This document shows, in pieces, positions 62,428 to 64,000 of a stretch of 64,000 nt of DNA. The DNA is from Octopus sinensis (taxonomy: Eukaryota), in contig NC_042998.1 in assembly GCF_006345805.1 (NCBI RefSeq), positions 178,126,001 to 178,190,000 of the forward strand, given 5' to 3'. The position numbers were made by a program, and so were the translations under genes. Each line of letters begins with the position of its first letter. The stretch's first letter is position 1. Below the pieces are notes generated by a model. That model made no database searches and was not told the origin of the DNA. It was given only the letters and a program-made list of their open reading frames with translations.

Positions 62428-62492
62428 TATATATAATATTATTGGTGAATTGAAGAAATGGAGCTGAACGCAGATTGAACAGAAATCGTTTT

Positions 62493-62583
62493 ATTTCATT
62501 CTACACGTGTTTCGAAAGGCACAATTTACCAAAATCCGATTGAATAATGGGACCATATTGTGTCTTTCTCTTCAGGAAGAAAT
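62493..62583 (-). ncRNA. Mirror copy of the same hammerhead ribozyme
   Basis: Reverse complement of 62690-62780 within the left arm of the inverted repeat. Confidence 0.85.
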
Positions 62584-62689
62584 AGGAAATCCGTTGGAAA
62601 ACAGTTTTGCCATGGGCTCTTAGGAGCCTAGTTCGATTTGGTTTTGCTCCGCCTCTGTTCTGTTTTTGTTTTTTTCCAACGGATTTCCT

Positions 62690-62780
62690 ATTTCTTCCTG
62701 AAGAGAAAGACACAATATGGTCCCATTATTCAATCGGATTTTGGTAAATTGTGCCTTTCGAAACACGTGTAGAATGAAAT
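62690..62780 (+). ncRNA. Type-I hammerhead ribozyme with palindromic helix III (PLE type)
   Basis: Helix I atttc-ttc / gaa-(t)-gaaat; core CTGAAGA at 62698-62704; helix II gaaagacacaat / attgtgcctttc; GAAA at 62760-62763; helix III ACACGTGT; GUA cleavage triplet, cut after 62771. Confidence 0.85.
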
Positions 62781-62982
62781 AAAACGATTTCTGTTCAATC
62801 TGCGTTCAGCTCCATTTCTTCAATTCACCAATAATTTTTAATTTCAATTATCCGCACCAACGCACGGTTGCAACACCATATGGTTGTACCTCCAACCGTG
62901 CTGTTTACTGCTGTGATTTTTGCTACCAGGTATCGGTTAAACTTTTGATTAATCTACTACAAGATTATTCATCTTTCTATTT

Positions 62983-63114
<132 letters not shown>

Positions 63115-63439
63115 TTCTTTTGTGTCTCGGGAGAGTCATTTTCTTTTTGTGCCTTATAATGTAACACACTCACCGGTAAATTCCCACTATTTCTTATTTT
63201 ATTTCCTAAAATTTTCGTTGCGTCTTGCAACCTTTTCAATAGTCTTGACTCTGTCCGTTATTTACACTGTTTGTTTGTGCGCATAGGTGTGGGTCAGTGT
63301 ATGTGTGTGTGTTTGTATATGTATGCACCTCCGTCTCCTGTGTGTACATAGAAAATGACTCTCCCGAGACACAACAGAATATGTTTCAACACAGGAACTC
63401 ATATAAAGAATCTTGCAAACCAAATCCAAAAACGATACC

Positions 63440-63472
<33 letters not shown>

Positions 63473-63545
63473 TATATTTATGTATATATATATTATGTAT
63501 ATTGTATATATATATATGTATATATATGTATGTATATATTTTATT

Positions 63546-63595
<50 letters not shown>

Positions 63596-63820
63596 CACAC
63601 CCATATATATTATATATATATAATATATATATATATAATATATATAAATATATACATACATATATATACATATATATATATACACATATACATAATATAT
63701 ATATAATATATATACCTATACATACACACACCATATATATATATATATATATCTATTATTTATATGTATATATATGTAGATATATGTATGTATGTATATA
63801 TATATATTATATATATATAT
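63440..63820. repeat. Compound (TA)n microsatellite; one of dozens of TA, TG, GA, TACA, TAA and GAA tracts in the window
   Basis: Direct reading. Confidence 0.95.
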
Positions 63821-63821
63821 A

Positions 63822-64000
63822 CTCTTTACTCTTTACTCTTTTACTCTTTTACTCGTTTCAGTCATTTGACTGCGGCCATGCTAGAGCACCACTTTTAATC
63901 GAGCAACTCGACCCCTAGACTTATTCTTTTGTAAGTCCAGTACTTATTCTATCGGTCTCTTTTGCCGAACCGCTAAGTGACGGGGACGTAAACACACCAG
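63822..64000 (-). mobile_element. SINE family B 3' half, runs off the window
   Basis: (tactcttt)n tail plus cagtcatttgactgcggccatgct. Confidence 0.8.

Larger units (their letters stand above)
62438..62835. repeat. 164-bp inverted repeat with 70-bp spacer (probable PLE pseudo-LTR remnant)
   Basis: Arms 62438-62601 and 62672-62835 appear exactly complementary; abuts a (TA)n tract on the left. Confidence 0.9.

Overview
AT-rich, microsatellite-dense animal genomic DNA, most likely an octopus. That assignment is inferred from the tRNA-derived SINE families, the RTE/Dong/Penelope content and the microsatellite density; it was not confirmed by a search. The long ORF-track entries are almost all microsatellite or transposon artefacts. 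One host gene is supported: a + strand class-A neuropeptide GPCR of the CCAP/neuropeptide-S receptor type. I assembled seven coding exons by hand (19148-55746, all GT-AG with consistent phases, 294 codons, N-terminus to the start of TM6); the remaining exons must lie beyond 64000. The flanks and introns hold decayed RTE, R4/Dong, Tx1-like and CR1-like LINEs, Tc1/mariner/Tigger/hAT/Helitron remnants, at least four SINE families and one 5'-truncated Penelope-like element (PLE). The most interesting signal is a set of small hammerhead-bearing, PLE/retrozyme-like elements. These comprise a fully canonical type-I hammerhead inside a perfect 164-bp inverted repeat (62438-62835), a 363-bp tandem unit whose boundary falls at its hammerhead cleavage site (1466-2011), a non-canonical hammerhead-like motif in the 720-bp inverted arms of the PLE, and two repeat-spacer-repeat mini-elements nested in a hAT MITE (58428-60756), one of which carries a complete spliceosomal-type intron. 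All structures were read by eye; no folding program or database search was run.
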